In this document: positions 41,120-50,884 of the stretch, one piece after another | Layout of the letters: every line of letters begins with the position of its first letter | Numbering within the stretch: position 1 is the first letter of the stretch | Origin: an uncultured delta proteobacterium | GTDB taxonomy: Bacteria; Desulfobacterota; BSN033; UBA1163 | Assembly (NCBI GenBank): GCA_963827685.1 | Contig: CAWHBU010000004.1 | Span: 192,001-256,000 of the forward strand | Direction of reading: 5' to 3' | Length of the DNA: 64,000 nt | The notes under the pieces: generated by a model | Database searches by the model: none | What the model saw: only the letters and a program-made list of their open reading frames with translations | What the model was told of the DNA's origin: nothing | Translations under genes and position numbers: made by a program

Positions 41120-41141
41120 TGATGACGGATATCCGTCATCA
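41120..41141. promoter_or_regulatory. perfect 22-bp palindrome; candidate operator or RNA hairpin
   Basis: TGATGACGGATATCCGTCATCA equals its own reverse complement. Confidence 0.55.
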
Positions 41142-41172
41142 AGTAATTTCTTAATCAAGTATCCTTCTATTC

Positions 41173-42213
41173 CTAATCCAGCGGTGCCGTACACACGCGG
41201 CATGTATCACGCGTGGCGATATTTCTGATTTTGCACCGGGGACACTCCTTTTCTATCTTGTCCCGCAGCCAACGAAAAAGTCCATCAGGCATATAGAGAA
41301 GAATCAAGAGGACCACACATGCGAACATCAATGCCCGGTATTCTTGCCAGAAGCGCAGAAACTCCAACAAGGGAAAGAGGATGAATACCGCCCCAACCGG
41401 GCCATAGATAGTCACAACACCGCCGAAGATAGCCCAGATGACCACCGTAAAGGACAAGGACACTTCGAGGGTAGAAGGGCCTGCGATCCTCATAAAATGT
41501 GCATAGAGTCCCCCGGATATCCCGGCAAAAAAACCGCTAAGGCAGAAGGCCAAAAGTTTGTAGCGTGTCGTGTTGACGCCGGCGGCCCTGACAGCCAGTT
41601 CATCCTCCCGAATGGCATGGAAAATAATGCCGGTATTGGAGTCGGTTATCTTCCACATAATAGTGCACAGGCCGAGCATCACTACGACTACAGTGTAGTA
41701 ATCAGCGACCCGAGACTGGGTCAGCCGGACAATCCCTGAAATCCCTAATTCTCCACCCGTGAGGTCGGGAAAGGCAAAAACGAGGCCCAGCAGGATGATG
41801 GGGAATGCAAGGGTGGTGAGGGCCAGATACGTACCTCTGAGCCTGAGGGATGGTATCCCTATGATAAGGCCTGCCAGAACTGCACCCAACGCGCCAAGGG
41901 GAATGGTGCCCCATGGAGGGATATTCGCGTGACGATTGAGCAACGCTGCGCCGTAGGCCCCCACGCCAAAGAAGAGGGCATGCCCGAAATTCATTTGGCC
42001 GGTAAAACCGGAGAGCAGATCCCAACTCGCAGCTAGTATGGCAAAGATACTGGTGAGAGTGAAGATGCGCAGGAGGTAGGTATCCTTGGTAAACACAGGT
42101 AAGAGGAGCAGAAAGAGGAAAAAGAGCACGACGACGACACGGGATGGGAGAACAAGTACTTCGTTTTTGACTACGGTAAACAATTTTCTCAGGTAAAATA
42201 GAATGAGGTCCAT
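41173..42213 (-). CDS. livM: branched-chain amino acid type ABC permease with C-terminal zinc ribbon
   Basis: SWDLLSGFTGQ, LRLRGTYLALTT, TGGELG; ends CPRC-x10-CRVC. Confidence 0.88.
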   Translation of the reverse strand: MDLILFYLRKLFTVVKNEVLVLPSRVVVVLFFLFLLLLPVFTKDTYLLRIFTLTSIFAILAASWDLLSGFTGQMNFGHALFFGVGAYGAALLNRHANIPPWGTIPLGALGAVLAGLIIGIPSLRLRGTYLALTTLAFPIILLGLVFAFPDLTGGELGISGIVRLTQSRVADYYTVVVVMLGLCTIMWKITDSNTGIIFHAIREDELAVRAAGVNTTRYKLLAFCLSGFFAGISGGLYAHFMRIAGPSTLEVSLSFTVVIWAIFGGVVTIYGPVGAVFILFPLLEFLRFWQEYRALMFACVVLLILLYMPDGLFRWLRDKIEKECPRCKIRNIATRDTCRVCTAPLD

Positions 42214-42215
42214 GT

Positions 42216-43091
42216 CTACCTTTCTTCCTCGAAGGACACACCAAAGAGACCTTCCGGCCGTATGAGCAATACCAAGATCATAATGGAGAGGGCCACTGAA
42301 CCCTTTAGGTAGGCGCCCATGGGAGCCAGAAAGACCACCATTGCTTCTGCAAAGCCCAGGATGTATGCCCCTATGAAGCTGCCCTTGAGACTGCCAAGCC
42401 CACCCAGTACGACCACAGCCATCATCATGATCAGCGGGGGCGTCCACATGCCCGGTTCAAGTACGGTGAGGGGTACGACGATGGCACCTGTGAATCCGGC
42501 TAACCCAACGGAGAGGCCCATGGTCATCATGGCCACCTGGGCCTCGTTGATCCCCATGAGGTTGGCCACCTCCCTGTCTTGAGCAGTGGACCGGATGGCC
42601 AAGCCCATGTTGGTTCTCATCAGAAAGACCCACAGCACCGCCAAAATGAGCAAGGCGGCGCAGAAGGACAAGAGCTGTTGATAAAAGACCTTTACACCCA
42701 AGAGGGTAAAATACCCTCCGATGAGTGCGGGGACACTCAAATAGGTACCCGTGAATATCAGAGACATAATTTCCTGAAAGATCATAGCCAGGGCGATGGT
42801 GGCTATCAGTACGGCACCTTCATGCTCTCGGATAGGGTTGATGAAGACCTTATAGGAGATCATGCCCAACAGGGTGACCAGAACGATGGCTGCAACCATA
42901 CCCCAAATGGGATGAAGGCCCATCTTTTGGGTGACGACATAGATACAGTAGGCGGCCACCATGTAGAAGGCGGTGTGGGCGAAGTTTACGATGCGGGCTA
43001 CACCGAAGATAAGGGAAAACCCAATGGCGAGAAGGGCGAATATACTCCCATTGATCAAACCGTTTATGATGATGTCTATGACGAGAGCCAT
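42216..43091 (-). CDS. livH: branched-chain amino acid type ABC permease
   Basis: GFSLIFGVARIVNFAH, VLGGLGS, IRPEGLFG. Confidence 0.9.
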   Translation of the reverse strand: MALVIDIIINGLINGSIFALLAIGFSLIFGVARIVNFAHTAFYMVAAYCIYVVTQKMGLHPIWGMVAAIVLVTLLGMISYKVFINPIREHEGAVLIATIALAMIFQEIMSLIFTGTYLSVPALIGGYFTLLGVKVFYQQLLSFCAALLILAVLWVFLMRTNMGLAIRSTAQDREVANLMGINEAQVAMMTMGLSVGLAGFTGAIVVPLTVLEPGMWTPPLIMMMAVVVLGGLGSLKGSFIGAYILGFAEAMVVFLAPMGAYLKGSVALSIMILVLLIRPEGLFGVSFEEER

Positions 43092-43126
43092 TATTACCTC
43101 ATCATTTCCTCAGAACACGGAAAACC

Positions 43127-43163
43127 ACCCGCCCCTTCGAGCTTCAGAGAGAAGGGGCGGGTG
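43127..43163 (-). terminator. hairpin downstream of the substrate-binding protein gene (partial terminator or stabiliser)
   Basis: CACCCGCCCCTTC...GAAGGGGCGGGTG perfect 13-bp stem. Confidence 0.6.
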
Positions 43164-43179
43164 AACTATAGCAGATTAC

Positions 43180-44496
43180 TTATTTCTTATACTTCTCGAT
43201 CACCCAGGGCGGTAGCGTCATGGGGACGCTACCTTTGTATGTAACCTCAGGCGACTCTGGGGTCAATTTCCACTTGTAGGGCCAGACACCTAACAGCTTA
43301 CCATCCACCCATTGTGTAGCGACGCCTGTTGCGTACCCTGGTCCCCATGTTATGTCATGGAGGGGTCGGCCTTCGGCATCCTTCATATATTTTATTGTGC
43401 TGGTAGTGTTCTTGTACACACGCTCTTCCAAAACGGACACCAGCTTGTCGGGATCGAGGGTACCAGCCTGCTCAATGGTCTGCCCGAGCGCGAAGAGAAT
43501 AGCGTCGTAAGTGCCTGCGGTGTAGGTCGGCACCTCGCCGAATCTTTTCACATAGCCCTCGACAAATGGCTTTGTGAGTTCATTGACCTCAACACCACGG
43601 GCATAGGTATTCGAGGTAATGACATAGTTGCCCATCCCTTGGGTGGCCTGCCAGAAGCTATCCTTCTGGGCCTCCACATTGATGCCAACCTGTACGGCCG
43701 GGATCTTGAGTTCTCCTGCCTGTCTGGCAAAGGGAATCCCCACCGAGGAGGAAAAGATCATGAAAATGACATGGGCCCCTGAACGCTGGATGGCGGACAG
43801 TTCAGCTGAAACATCCGTGGCCACCGGAGAGGGTCTCCAAACACCTGCCACCTCCATACCCATCTTAGGGATGGCGCCCTCGCAAGCTGGGATCATCGGA
43901 TCCGCCCACATGGCCTTTTCCGCGACAACAGCGACCTTTATTTTAGGTATGTTTAAGGTTTGTCTCATTACGGCTGCGACGGTGCCCAAATGGATGAAGG
44001 CCGTTCTGACAAGGTATGTGGAATTGAAGGGGGTCATCCGGAACCAATACTTGTATGTGTTGTAGTTCTTGGCTACCCGCTCGCAGAGCTCATTATGGGC
44101 AGCCCCACAGCCGATAAAGATCCTCTTGTGCTCCATGGCAATGTCTTGCATGGCCATGACCGCCTCCGTCCGGAAACCGCCGACAACAAAGTCCACCTTG
44201 TCCTTCGTGATGAGCCGCTCCATGGCATTGGTGGCGTCCGTGACGCTAAGAAATTCATTGGAGTCTGCCTGAACAAGCTTGATTTTCATCTTTTTGTTGC
44301 CAACCTGTAGGCCCCCTTTGGCGTTGATCTCCTCGGCGGCCATGGTCGCCCCGTTCCAATGGCCCTGGCCCTGCACAAATTTCATCGGGCCGATTACGCC
44401 GATCTTAATCTCCTGCCCAAAAGCAACTGCCCAGGACGACAGCGCGAATAAGAAGACCATTGCCAATACGAAAATTCCTTTGTTTACCCTATTCAT
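43180..44496 (-). CDS. ABC transporter substrate-binding protein (LivK/HAAT family)
   Basis: Signal peptide, IKIGVIGP, AAEEINAKGG. Confidence 0.9.
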   Translation of the reverse strand: MNRVNKGIFVLAMVFLFALSSWAVAFGQEIKIGVIGPMKFVQGQGHWNGATMAAEEINAKGGLQVGNKKMKIKLVQADSNEFLSVTDATNAMERLITKDKVDFVVGGFRTEAVMAMQDIAMEHKRIFIGCGAAHNELCERVAKNYNTYKYWFRMTPFNSTYLVRTAFIHLGTVAAVMRQTLNIPKIKVAVVAEKAMWADPMIPACEGAIPKMGMEVAGVWRPSPVATDVSAELSAIQRSGAHVIFMIFSSSVGIPFARQAGELKIPAVQVGINVEAQKDSFWQATQGMGNYVITSNTYARGVEVNELTKPFVEGYVKRFGEVPTYTAGTYDAILFALGQTIEQAGTLDPDKLVSVLEERVYKNTTSTIKYMKDAEGRPLHDITWGPGYATGVATQWVDGKLLGVWPYKWKLTPESPEVTYKGSVPMTLPPWVIEKYKK

Positions 44497-44694
44497 AGTA
44501 ACCCCCTTTCTTTTTCCGTCTCTTTTAATAAATCTTCAAAGGTTTGTCAATAGTTTTTTGTTTTTCTAAAGACCTATTCGCCGAAAGGTGGGAAACATAT
44601 TTGATCTTTCGTCGATGGTTCTTTTCATCAAGGAGATCACAAGTTGTAAAAGATGCACTCATATTTGGCCATCCCCTTAAGCATATGGTTTAAG

Positions 44695-45315
44695 TCAAAG
44701 GGGAAGTTCCTGCACTGCCTCTCTTCCCCTGTCAAAAGCCTCCATATTCAGCTGCAACTTGTGAGAAGGGAGCAATTCTTGGATCGTGTTCTGAAATGCC
44801 TCCCTGTGCAAGGGAAGAAGATCCAGGGCCGAAAGAGCTCCAAGCATCACGATGTTGGAGAAGATGGGATCGCCCAGTTCCAAACCTACCTCTGTGGCAT
44901 TGAGCGTCCAGACCCTACGGCTCAGTCTCTGAATCTTCTTCAGCACGACAGACAATTCCGGGTAAGGGGTATTGCCGGCGATCACATCGATGGGATAAAT
45001 GGGGCGCGTGTTGATGAGCATCAGCACTTCAGGGTTTCCGTACTGAGCGAGAACGCGTAACGCCTCTACAGGCTCCAATCCTATCACAAGATCGCACTTC
45101 CCTTCCGGAATTAAGGGAGAAAATTGGTCTCTTTGGGAGACCCGTATATGACTCATTACCGATCCCCCTCTTTGAGAAGCCCCGTAAGTTTCACCGATGG
45201 TGATGATATAGCCTTGCTGGACAAGCATTTGACCAAGGATTTGAGAAGCCAACACATTGCCCTGTCCGCCTACGCCAGTGATGATGATGTTCCAGGGGTC
45301 TTTCTGAAAGGCCAC
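44695..45315 (-). CDS. iorB: indolepyruvate:ferredoxin oxidoreductase subunit beta
   Basis: GVGGQG, ETYGASQRGGSV.SH, NIVMLG. Confidence 0.9.
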   Translation of the reverse strand: MAFQKDPWNIIITGVGGQGNVLASQILGQMLVQQGYIITIGETYGASQRGGSVMSHIRVSQRDQFSPLIPEGKCDLVIGLEPVEALRVLAQYGNPEVLMLINTRPIYPIDVIAGNTPYPELSVVLKKIQRLSRRVWTLNATEVGLELGDPIFSNIVMLGALSALDLLPLHREAFQNTIQELLPSHKLQLNMEAFDRGREAVQELPL

Positions 45316-47227
45316 TTAGATGTTCTCCTTTAAAATGGCTGACTGGGGGCAAATATCTGCGCAGACACCACACCCTGTGCAGATGGCCTCATCGATCTGT
45401 GCCTTTCTTGTGACTGGATCCCAGGTCAATCCCGGGCACTTGAAGATCCGCGTGCACCGTCGGTTACACCCGCAGTCTTGGCCAATGCATCGCTCTTGAT
45501 CCACGAGGACCTTGTATAAGGCCTTCTGTCGTTTAACCCGAACCAGCGCACACTCCTGTCTCAGGATGAGGACTTTTATCCCTTCTTGATTTTGCAGTAG
45601 CTCGTATATGGTTTCCGTGGTGTCTTGTACCTCGAACGGGTTCTTCACCTGCACTCGGGCTCCCAGGGCCTTGCATAGGGCTTCAATATCTACAACCGGA
45701 GCTTCAGCACCCATGGCTGTTCGACCTGTGCCTGGATGAGGCTGAAACCCCGTCATCGCTGTGGCGCTATTGTCCAGGATGAGCATTAGAAAATTGGACC
45801 GATTATACCGGGCATTCACAAGGGCTGGGATGGCTGCATGATAAAAGGTAGAGTCCCCGCAGACTGTTAAAACAGGCTGATTGAGACCAAATCTCTCAAG
45901 CTGCCCGAACCCGTTGGCCAACCCGACGCCAGATCCCATGGCGTGACACGTCTTGACCTGACCGAAACCCGCTGGGCGGACCCCTATGGTGTAGCATCCG
46001 ATGTCCCCGAGCACGATCCCATCCCGGCCGTCCATTGCCAAGGCGTTCTTGATAGACCAATAGGTGGCCCGATGGGGGCAACCAGCGCAGAAGCCCAATT
46101 CCCTTAAAGGAGCGAGTAGAGAGACTGCTTCCGCAGCCTCTTGGGCATATTGTAAAGATCTGGGTTCATAAGAGACTTTGAGGACTTGCTGGATTGCTCC
46201 TGTGACGATGTCGGGGTTGATTTCACCGATGTCCGGGAGGTTGCCCGATGCTTTGCCTAAAAAGGTCTTCACTCCCAGTTCAGCCGCCCTCTGAGCACAG
46301 AGTCTCCTTGATATTATTTTCCAGAAAGGGATCTACCTCTTCGACGAAAAGGATCCGGTTCGCTTTCTTCAGATGCTCCATAAGAAAAGATGTCGGGAGT
46401 GGCCAGGTCGTCCCCAGCTTCACGATCCCCGCCCGGTTCTCCACGCCCATGTTCGCAAGTGCCTCCAGCACATACATCCATCCTGGCCCGCAGGTGACCA
46501 CCAAAAGTTCCGGTCTTTCCGGGCCGCGGTAGAGGTTGAAAGCAGATTCTTCGAAGCGATCCTGGCATTTCTTAATTTTGTTGTGAAGGGCTTTGTGGGT
46601 CTCCATGACAGGCTGTGGGATGATTGGACGAGAGGTATCAAATTGAGGATTTTGTTGATTCTTTGTAATATGACCGAGCTCCGTGTTGCCCCTTGCGTGA
46701 GAAAGACGCGTGACGCTCCGGATCAGACAGGGGAGCCCCAGCTCTTCGGAGAGATCGAAGGCCCATCGGGTCATCTCCTTGGCTTCTTGAACAGTGGAAG
46801 GCTCCAGGAGAGGAAGGTCGCACATCTTGGCATAAAGCCGGGAGTCTTCCTCATTGGTCGATGAGAGGGCTGAGGGATCATCGCAGACCACTACCACCAG
46901 TCCCCGCTTGCTTCCCGTGAGATTTAGATTGAAGAGGAAGTCTGAGGCCACATTGAGTCCATTCTGCTTCATTGCCGTCAAACCCCTGAGCCCAGCAAAA
47001 GAAGCAGCCGTTGCCACCTCCAGAGCCACTTTCTCATTGACAGACCATTCCACGTAAATTCCCAATTCCCTTGCAACTTGAGAGAGGGAGCCTATAATCT
47101 CAGAGGAAGGATTCCCAGGGTAGGCTGCGCACACCTGAACTCCAGCTTCAATGGCCCCTCTTGCGATGGCTTCGTTCCCCATCAAAAGCGTCTTCTTGCC
47201 AGGTGAATCTTTGGAGAGAATGCTCAT
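45316..47227 (-). pseudogene. iorA: indolepyruvate:ferredoxin oxidoreductase subunit alpha with one frameshift near 46303; possibly an assembly error
   Basis: GNEAIARG, AYPGNPS, NEKVALE, CAGCPHR, GDIGCY, GDSTF and C-terminal ferredoxin; removing one base gives KELCAQRAAELGVKTF. Confidence 0.9.
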
Positions 47228-48348
47228 GATCCAGCCTCGTTAGCGTCCGAGAGAATTCGCCCGATCAGCCCACGGGAAAGAGTGAGATAGCCATCCTCCA
47301 ACTCTCCCCGTTCCTTCAATCTTAAAAGGGCCCTTTGTTTCTTCAATAGGGAAGCCTCTCTTAAGTGCTTAAAATTTTCTTCCGGCAGGGGCTGGCTCTT
47401 TACTATCCTTGCCGCCTCGGCCTGGCTCAATATTTTCTTCCCCAAATCGGTTCGGATGATCACGGTGCTCCATCCCTGAATCCCCTCTACGGTTCCCACC
47501 GAAAGGTCCGACAACTCGGAGGTCATATCGAGGCAGATACCACAGGTTGTTCGAATAAAAGGCCGAATCTCATCTAAAGCGATATCCCACCTCTGATCAT
47601 TGTCTGTTATCACCTTCAGGAGTCTCTCAGGCGGTGGAGTGATATCCAGCTTTCGAATCCGGGCGCCATTGACCCGGTTCTTAAGATATTTCATGAAGGG
47701 GTCATAGGTCAGGGCCCATGTGCAGAAGAGTCCAACGATCAGTGTCACGCGGTCAATAGGGGTTGTTCTTTTGAGAGGCGAAGCGCTCATCTTTCGCATG
47801 GCCAATACTTGGCATGGAGTTCCTACCACACCGATCCGTTCCGAGTCCTTCCAAGGACCCTGATTTAAAGCTTGAAGGGTAGGGCCGGCGACATAACTGG
47901 AGCCTACACAGGAGAGGATCTCATTAGGACGGCGGATGACCCTCCCAAGGGGAAGATGATCCGGAGTCCGATGGGTCAGCACCGCCCCATTGATGAAACC
48001 TTCTTTCAAGGCAAACTTCATCAGAGCGGAGACAACTCCAGCCGTCTGGGCTTTCTGCCGCAGGGTAGGAGATGAAGCACGGACCATCTTGACCTGTTTG
48101 AACAGCCCCATTTCAATGTTTGAATAACTTTGTCCAAAGACCTCCTGGTGTATGGTCTCCAGATCCACCTGGGTACGGGGACAATAGGCAAAACAGCGTC
48201 CCTCGGCCAGGTCGCAATTGTCGAGTTTCACCAATTTTCCTTTCCAAGAGTGTAGATAAGGGCAGAGGGAAAGACACGCCCCGCAGAAGGTACAGTGGTC
48301 TCTCTGGATGACGCAAGATTCAAGCGCTTGAAGTCCCTTGTTTTCCAA
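47224..48348 (-). CDS. coenzyme F420 hydrogenase/dehydrogenase beta-subunit (FrhB-like) Fe-S flavoprotein
   Basis: N-terminal CTFCGAC..CP, AQTAGVVS, VGTPCQ, GLFC, CGICLD, DLSVG. Confidence 0.85.
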   Translation of the reverse strand: MENKGLQALESCVIQRDHCTFCGACLSLCPYLHSWKGKLVKLDNCDLAEGRCFAYCPRTQVDLETIHQEVFGQSYSNIEMGLFKQVKMVRASSPTLRQKAQTAGVVSALMKFALKEGFINGAVLTHRTPDHLPLGRVIRRPNEILSCVGSSYVAGPTLQALNQGPWKDSERIGVVGTPCQVLAMRKMSASPLKRTTPIDRVTLIVGLFCTWALTYDPFMKYLKNRVNGARIRKLDITPPPERLLKVITDNDQRWDIALDEIRPFIRTTCGICLDMTSELSDLSVGTVEGIQGWSTVIIRTDLGKKILSQAEAARIVKSQPLPEENFKHLREASLLKKQRALLRLKERGELEDGYLTLSRGLIGRILSDANEAGS

Positions 48349-48434
48349 GCTTATCCCGCTTCTTCGTCACGAACGAATGAAGTAATACGCAAATTCGCAA
48401 GAATGTCCTTCGAACATAAGGCTTGAAAAAAATC

Positions 48435-48567
48435 TTAAATTCTAAGCACGAGATCTTAAACAAGCACGAAGATTCAAAATTCCTAATGTTCCAAACAAGA
48501 CTTTTTAAATTTAGAATTTTGGATTCGGAATTTGTTCAAGATTTAGATATTGGGATTTAGAATTTCC
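48435..48567. repeat. palindromic element built from ~7-nt units
   Basis: AAATTCT/AAGCACG/AGATCTT-type units on the left, ATTTAGA/ATTTTGG/ATTCGGA units on the right. Confidence 0.65.
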
Positions 48568-48607
48568 AATCCTTCCCTTTTGGGTCCGGTTCCAGTTCCC
48601 GCGCTTG

Positions 48608-49480
48608 TTATTTCTTAGAATAGTCGTACCAGCCCTTGCCGGTTTTTTCTCCGTAATGTCCCTGCGTGTATCTCTCTACGACACTCGGAACCGGAAGGTC
48701 GGCAAAGTCGCCGGTTCTTCTAAACTTCTCCATGGTCATGGTGTAGTTGAGGTCTATGCCCGTCAGATCCATCAGACGGAAGGGCCCCATGGGATGCCCC
48801 GCTCCAAAGACACAGGCCTTGTCGATATCTTCGGCGCTGGCAACGCCCATCTCCAGCATCCACAGCGCCTCTCTGCCGATGGCCCGAAAAATCCGATTCA
48901 GGAGGAATCCTTCCACTTCCTTTTTAATCAGCACCGGCACCTTTTCCAGCTTCTCACTGAGCTCCATCGTAATCTTGGCGGTCTCGTCCGAGACATGGGG
49001 TCCCTTTACCACTTCCACGAGTTTCATAGCCAGTGCCGGGTTGAAGAAGTGCATGTTCACGACTTTGGCCGGTCGTTTGGTGGCGTCAGCGATCAGAGAA
49101 CTCACAATGGCCGAGCTATTGGTGGCCAGAATGGCATGGGGGGGGGTCAGTCGGTCAAGGTCTGCAAAGACCTTTCTCTTGGTGTCGAGAACCTCTAAGG
49201 CTGCTTCGATGACAAAGTCGGCGTCTTTTGCCGCTTCCTTCAAGTCGAGGGTGAAGGAGATCTTCTTTCGCGCCGCTTCGGCCTGTTCCTTGGTCATCTT
49301 TCCTTTTTCAACCCGTCCGGGCAAATAGGTGTCGGCAAATTTTTCAGCCTTCTTTAATATATCCGGAATAATGTCAGTGCAGGTTGTTTTGTATCCATGG
49401 ATGGCACAGAGGAGCGATATTTGGTGCCCCATATTCCCGGCTCCGACTACGCAGATGTTTTTTATATCGTTGACGTTCAC
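48608..49480 (-). CDS. 3-hydroxyacyl-CoA dehydrogenase
   Basis: GAGNMG, TNSS, MHFFNP, GHPMGPF. Confidence 0.92.
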   Translation of the reverse strand: MNVNDIKNICVVGAGNMGHQISLLCAIHGYKTTCTDIIPDILKKAEKFADTYLPGRVEKGKMTKEQAEAARKKISFTLDLKEAAKDADFVIEAALEVLDTKRKVFADLDRLTPPHAILATNSSAIVSSLIADATKRPAKVVNMHFFNPALAMKLVEVVKGPHVSDETAKITMELSEKLEKVPVLIKKEVEGFLLNRIFRAIGREALWMLEMGVASAEDIDKACVFGAGHPMGPFRLMDLTGIDLNYTMTMEKFRRTGDFADLPVPSVVERYTQGHYGEKTGKGWYDYSKK

Positions 49481-49621
49481 GGCCTTGCTCCTTTCCTTTT
49501 TTGTGGTTTGAGAATTTCTTGTAATAAATTAAATTCCCCTCCCTGCCTACCAGCGGGCAGGCATTGAAAAAGGAGGGGAATTTCACATTTTTGCAATTGA
49601 GCGAGTCTGGATGGCCGAAGC

Positions 49622-50884
49622 TTAAGGCTCTCTCTCAATGATAGTGGCCACCCCTTGACCGCCGCCAACGCAGGCATTGGCCAAACCATAGCGTCCACCT
49701 TTAACTTTTAGGATCCGGGCCAGGGTGCCTACCAGACGGACTCCGGTTGCTCCCAAAGCATGCCCGATGGCTGTACCTCCTCCCATCACATTCACTCGAT
49801 CTGGATCGATACCCAGCTCTTTGATGCAGTTCAAGGCAACGATAGCGAAGGCCTCGTTGATCTCCCAGTAATCGATGTCTTTAACTTCCAACCCCGCCTT
49901 TTCCAGGGCCATGCGGCTGGCAGGCACAGGACCCACCCCCATGATGGTGGGGTCCACTCCGGCGAATCCAATGGAGCGGATAGTCGCCATGGGCTGGATC
50001 CCCTTCTTCTTGGCAGTCTCCTTGGACATCAGGATCATTGAGGTCGCTGCGGCGTTCAAAGGGGAGGAATTCCCGGCGGTGATGACCCCATCGGGTTTAA
50101 AGGCTGGCTTGAGGTCTTTCATACCCTCCAGCGTAGCGTCATCCCGTATGGCCTGGTCTCGATCAACGACCATCATCTTTCCGTCTGCCTGCTCGGCTTC
50201 GATGGGGAGGATTTCATCTTTGAAAAACCCTTCTTTCTGAGCCTTGGAAGCCAGTTGGTGGGCGCGAGTCCCCCAGCGATCCATATCTTCTTTGGTAAAT
50301 TCCCTCAGAGTAAAAAGCTTCTCCGCGGTGAGCCCCATGTTCGCGCTCGTCATCATGTCCCAGTGCTTGTAAGCCGGATCTGTAAAAAGACGCGGGTTCG
50401 GAGAGACAGCTCCCGTTTTCGTAAGTACTCCACCCATGGGAACACGGGTCATGTGTTCCATGCCACCCACCAGCGCAACATCGGCAAAACCCATAGCAAT
50501 TTCCATGAACCCGATATGAATGCCAGCCATGGATGAACCACACTGTTGGTCGACAAATTTGGCGGCAATCGTCTCCGGCAAATTGGCCAGAAAAATGGGG
50601 TAACGACCGCCATAAGTCCACTGTTCACTTACTCCGATGGCCGATCCCACAATGAAATCATCGATTTCTTCAGCCTTAATCCCTGTCCTTTTAATCACCT
50701 CGGGGAGAAGCCTGGCCAAAAGATCGTCTGACCTAAGTTTATGAAACCAGTCTCGGGCAGGATCATTGGGCCTGGATCGAGACAGACCAGTTCTCAAATA
50801 TCCGGCAATCACTACCTCTCTCATTGTTTTGGCCTTCGCTGTTTTCCCCTTCGCTGTTTTCCCCTTCGCTGTTTTCCCCTTCAT
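49622..50884 (-). CDS. acetyl-CoA C-acetyltransferase (thiolase) with N-terminal KGKTA repeats
   Basis: DQQCGSS, NEAFA, GHALG, CVGGG; AGGAGG RBS before ATG 50884. Confidence 0.92.
   Translation of the reverse strand: MKGKTAKGKTAKGKTAKAKTMREVVIAGYLRTGLSRSRPNDPARDWFHKLRSDDLLARLLPEVIKRTGIKAEEIDDFIVGSAIGVSEQWTYGGRYPIFLANLPETIAAKFVDQQCGSSMAGIHIGFMEIAMGFADVALVGGMEHMTRVPMGGVLTKTGAVSPNPRLFTDPAYKHWDMMTSANMGLTAEKLFTLREFTKEDMDRWGTRAHQLASKAQKEGFFKDEILPIEAEQADGKMMVVDRDQAIRDDATLEGMKDLKPAFKPDGVITAGNSSPLNAAATSMILMSKETAKKKGIQPMATIRSIGFAGVDPTIMGVGPVPASRMALEKAGLEVKDIDYWEINEAFAIVALNCIKELGIDPDRVNVMGGGTAIGHALGATGVRLVGTLARILKVKGGRYGLANACVGGGQGVATIIEREP
50833..50882 (-). repeat. 15-bp tandem repeat, about 3.3 copies, encoding KGKTA
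   Basis: CCTTCGCTGTTTTCC x3 on the plus strand. Confidence 0.9.

Noticed and set aside
42214-42447. N-terminal extension of LivM in the ORF track
   Set aside because: Overlaps livH in another frame; the plausible start is ATG 42213
46273-46310. Selenocysteine readthrough of the TGA that splits iorA
   Set aside because: The two halves are in different frames; a single-base indel explains the split
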